This document shows, piece by piece, positions 61,876-64,000 of a DNA stretch of 64,000 nucleotides. The position numbers were made by a program, and so were the translations under genes. The notes below the pieces were generated by a model that searched no databases, was not told the DNA's origin, and saw nothing but the letters and a program-made list of their open reading frames with translations. How positions within the stretch are numbered: the stretch's first letter is position 1; each line of letters opens with the position of its first letter. The stretch comes from Ramazzottius varieornatus (taxonomy: Eukaryota; Animalia; Tardigrada). The stretch lies in assembly GCA_001949185.1 (NCBI GenBank), contig BDGG01000016.1:827759-891758 (forward strand), in the 5' to 3' direction.

Positions 61876-62366
61876 AAGCATTGTGAGATCCTTAAGATGA
61901 GCAGACGAGACTAAGCGGGAAACAGGAGATTAGGTATGATATGTTGGTGACCTTTGGAGTCTTTAGAAGGAAACCTCTTAGCGATAACGATGTCAGTAAT
62001 CGAATAAGTGATATGCGTGGTGGTTAAGAGGCAAATGTCACTCGATTCATGTCTGGTCCCCAATGGAAATTGGCAATATATTGATGTCATTGAAAAGAGC
62101 TAGCGCAATGATATAGCGTGGTGGTGCTCTTTTCTCGTCGATGAAATGTCAATCTGACGATGGTCATTGGGGAATGCCGGCTTTTTAGTTGTGAGATGAG
62201 CTACCGTCTCGTTTCGACAGTCGGCGTAACAGGGCTCCTCCATCTATTAATTAATTATTCAATGATAGATTGACGCTCATTTCTTTCGACGAGGTCCACA
62301 GAGACCTATCGGATACAGCTATTGCATTCAACAACAATATTCAACCCACCATAATGACCATAGAAA

Positions 62367-62495
62367 TTGGGGGACTCGAGCAAACGAAAGCAACCAGATC
62401 GTTATTGCAAGTGGCGCACGCTCTCTTTGTCAGTGGCCCAAGGTGTGCGCCACTTGAGGAAGCGATCTGGTTCAGTCCATTTGCCCTGGTCCCAT
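62367..62495. repeat. Fold-back family A copy (just 3' of Hmx stop)
   Basis: accagatcgttattgcaagtggcgcac-N25-gtgcgccacttgaggaagcgatctggt. Confidence 0.9.
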
Positions 62496-62658
62496 TTTGG
62501 TGGATAGTTCAGAAGTTCAGAATACAATTCTGCGTGTATAACAATTATAAAACCATCTATCTATACACAAATCACAGCACAAACAAACCTCGTAACAAGA
62601 ACAACCTAAATAATGAACGCATGCGCAATAAAAAGCGCACTCAAGACGCTGTCTGATT

Positions 62659-64000
62659 TTAAGATCGAGAAAAAGGAAGGTGTCCCGTCATGTACAGCGG
62701 ATGCAGCGAAGAGGGACAGAAGATGTTGGACCCAGGTTCGTTAGAACCCATCATACCGGGGGGAAATGAGTACAGAGACATTGGAAAATTGGGACCTAGA
62801 GTACTTCCGTGTTGGGCACTGGAAGAGGCAAACCGGCCGGCAGCGGCTTGGAGCTGACTGGCTGTAAGGCTACTGGTATCCAGATCCGAGCACAGTTGCC
62901 GCTTCCACTTATTCCGTCGATTCCTACAAGCAGATCGAAAGGTTATCAAAACTTTCAGACAGTCAAACCAATAGTCGCTAAGATTTGTGAGAAACTTTTC
63001 ATCGACTACGAAGGGGGGAAGAGGAACTTGGAATAAGTAGCGGACATATTTTTTCGGTCTATTGGATTTCCCTTCGATTTGAAAATTAATCGTTTTCTCC
63101 ATAGAATCGTTTAGCGTCGTTTTACAGGTCAAAACGATTATGGCAGGTGATCAGATGGGAAATGAGGACTTACTGAAACCATATCTTGATTTGCTGTTCG
63201 GAGAGATTAAGTGAGGCAGCTAGAGCCGCGCGCTCGGCACTGCTGAGGTATCGCTTGTTATCGAACATGGATTCCAGTTGAAAGACTTGACTGCGTGAGA
63301 ACACCGTTCGTGTTTTCTTCCGACGTTGACTGGCGCTACCGGTTAACGAAGCCGGTGATTTGCAGTCACGATCGTCCAGGCCATCGTCGCGATCATCGGA
63401 AATTAGAGACGGTGATTTGGACCCGCGGCTGGGCTCTGCCGGGCTTATCCGTGGTACTTCCGCCGTGGGTTTCGAAGGAAGCTTCAATGAGTCGTTCGAG
63501 AAAGTTTCTGGCTTCAAAGGACTGGTTCGCGAAGTTATGACACCGAATGTGGGCTTTGTCGACAGGTTTTCTAGAATCAAATGAAGAAAAACGACAGTGG
63601 AAGAGCCTGCCTCGTCAGGAAAATAAATCCAGTCTCGCAATTAATCGTAAATATTTGCGGCTTAATTTGCTCGTTTCAAACCGTTTCGTTTAGATAACAG
63701 AATATCCACAGTGAATGTTGAAATCATTTTAGCTTTTCGTTTGTATTTCCCATAACGGAGTTACATACCTGGATATTCGCTGTGGTTCATCAAGTGGCCA
63801 GGCCACATCGGGAAGAATGAATGTCCGGGTACGAGTTTTTGCGGAAAGAACGCAGATAGGTTCGGCTGAAACATATGCGGGTAGGGAAACGTCCTTTCAA
63901 TGACAGGTCGACGCGGCTCAGGTCTCGCAAGGATACTCTGGATTGAGAATGTGGACTTCCTTTTCGGCTTGACCTCTTCGATTTCTTCCACTTCCTCCTC
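62659..64000 (-). CDS. Hmx: Hmx/NK5 homeobox protein, 5' end beyond window
   Basis: Exons >=64000-63769 (eh1 motif TFSIQSIL), 63570-63174 and 62923-62659; homeodomain [50 protein letters not shown]|[10 protein letters not shown]. Confidence 0.93.

Noticed and set aside
8336-62495. Family A as a CRISPR array or bacterial REP/attC sites
   Set aside because: Copies are dispersed in introns of a spliceosomal eukaryote, spacers share a consensus, and there are no cas or integrase genes.
1-64000. tRNA, rRNA or snRNA genes
   Set aside because: None recognised by eye; tRNAscan-SE/Infernal would be needed to exclude small ncRNAs.

Overview
Eukaryotic DNA from a gene-dense invertebrate (protostome-like) genome with minimal introns of about 55-70 nt; I cannot identify the species. 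Genes reconstructed by hand from splice sites: kynurenine formamidase AFMID (-, runs off the left edge, not recognisable in the ORF track), Max (-), DDX46/Prp5 (+), a CDKL-type kinase (+), a synaptopodin/myozenin-like Z-disc protein (+), Cad99C/protocadherin-15 (-), an SH3-less endophilin-B-like BAR gene (+), a 650-aa disordered repeat ORF (+), a WSCD-type sulfotransferase (-), a PP4C pseudogene fragment, a penta-EF-hand protein (+), TFIIH p52/GTF2H4 (+), a long-chain acyl-CoA synthetase (+) and Hmx (-, runs off the right edge). The most striking non-genic signal is a dispersed ~130-bp palindromic (fold-back) element at about 24 loci, five of them dimers and none inside coding exons. Its copies are highly diverged, yet the inverted core (CAAGTGGCGCAC ... 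GTGCGCCACTTG) nearly always encloses exactly 25 bp. At least three other fold-back families occur in introns. Coordinates were counted by eye and may be off by a few bases, especially at repeat ends.
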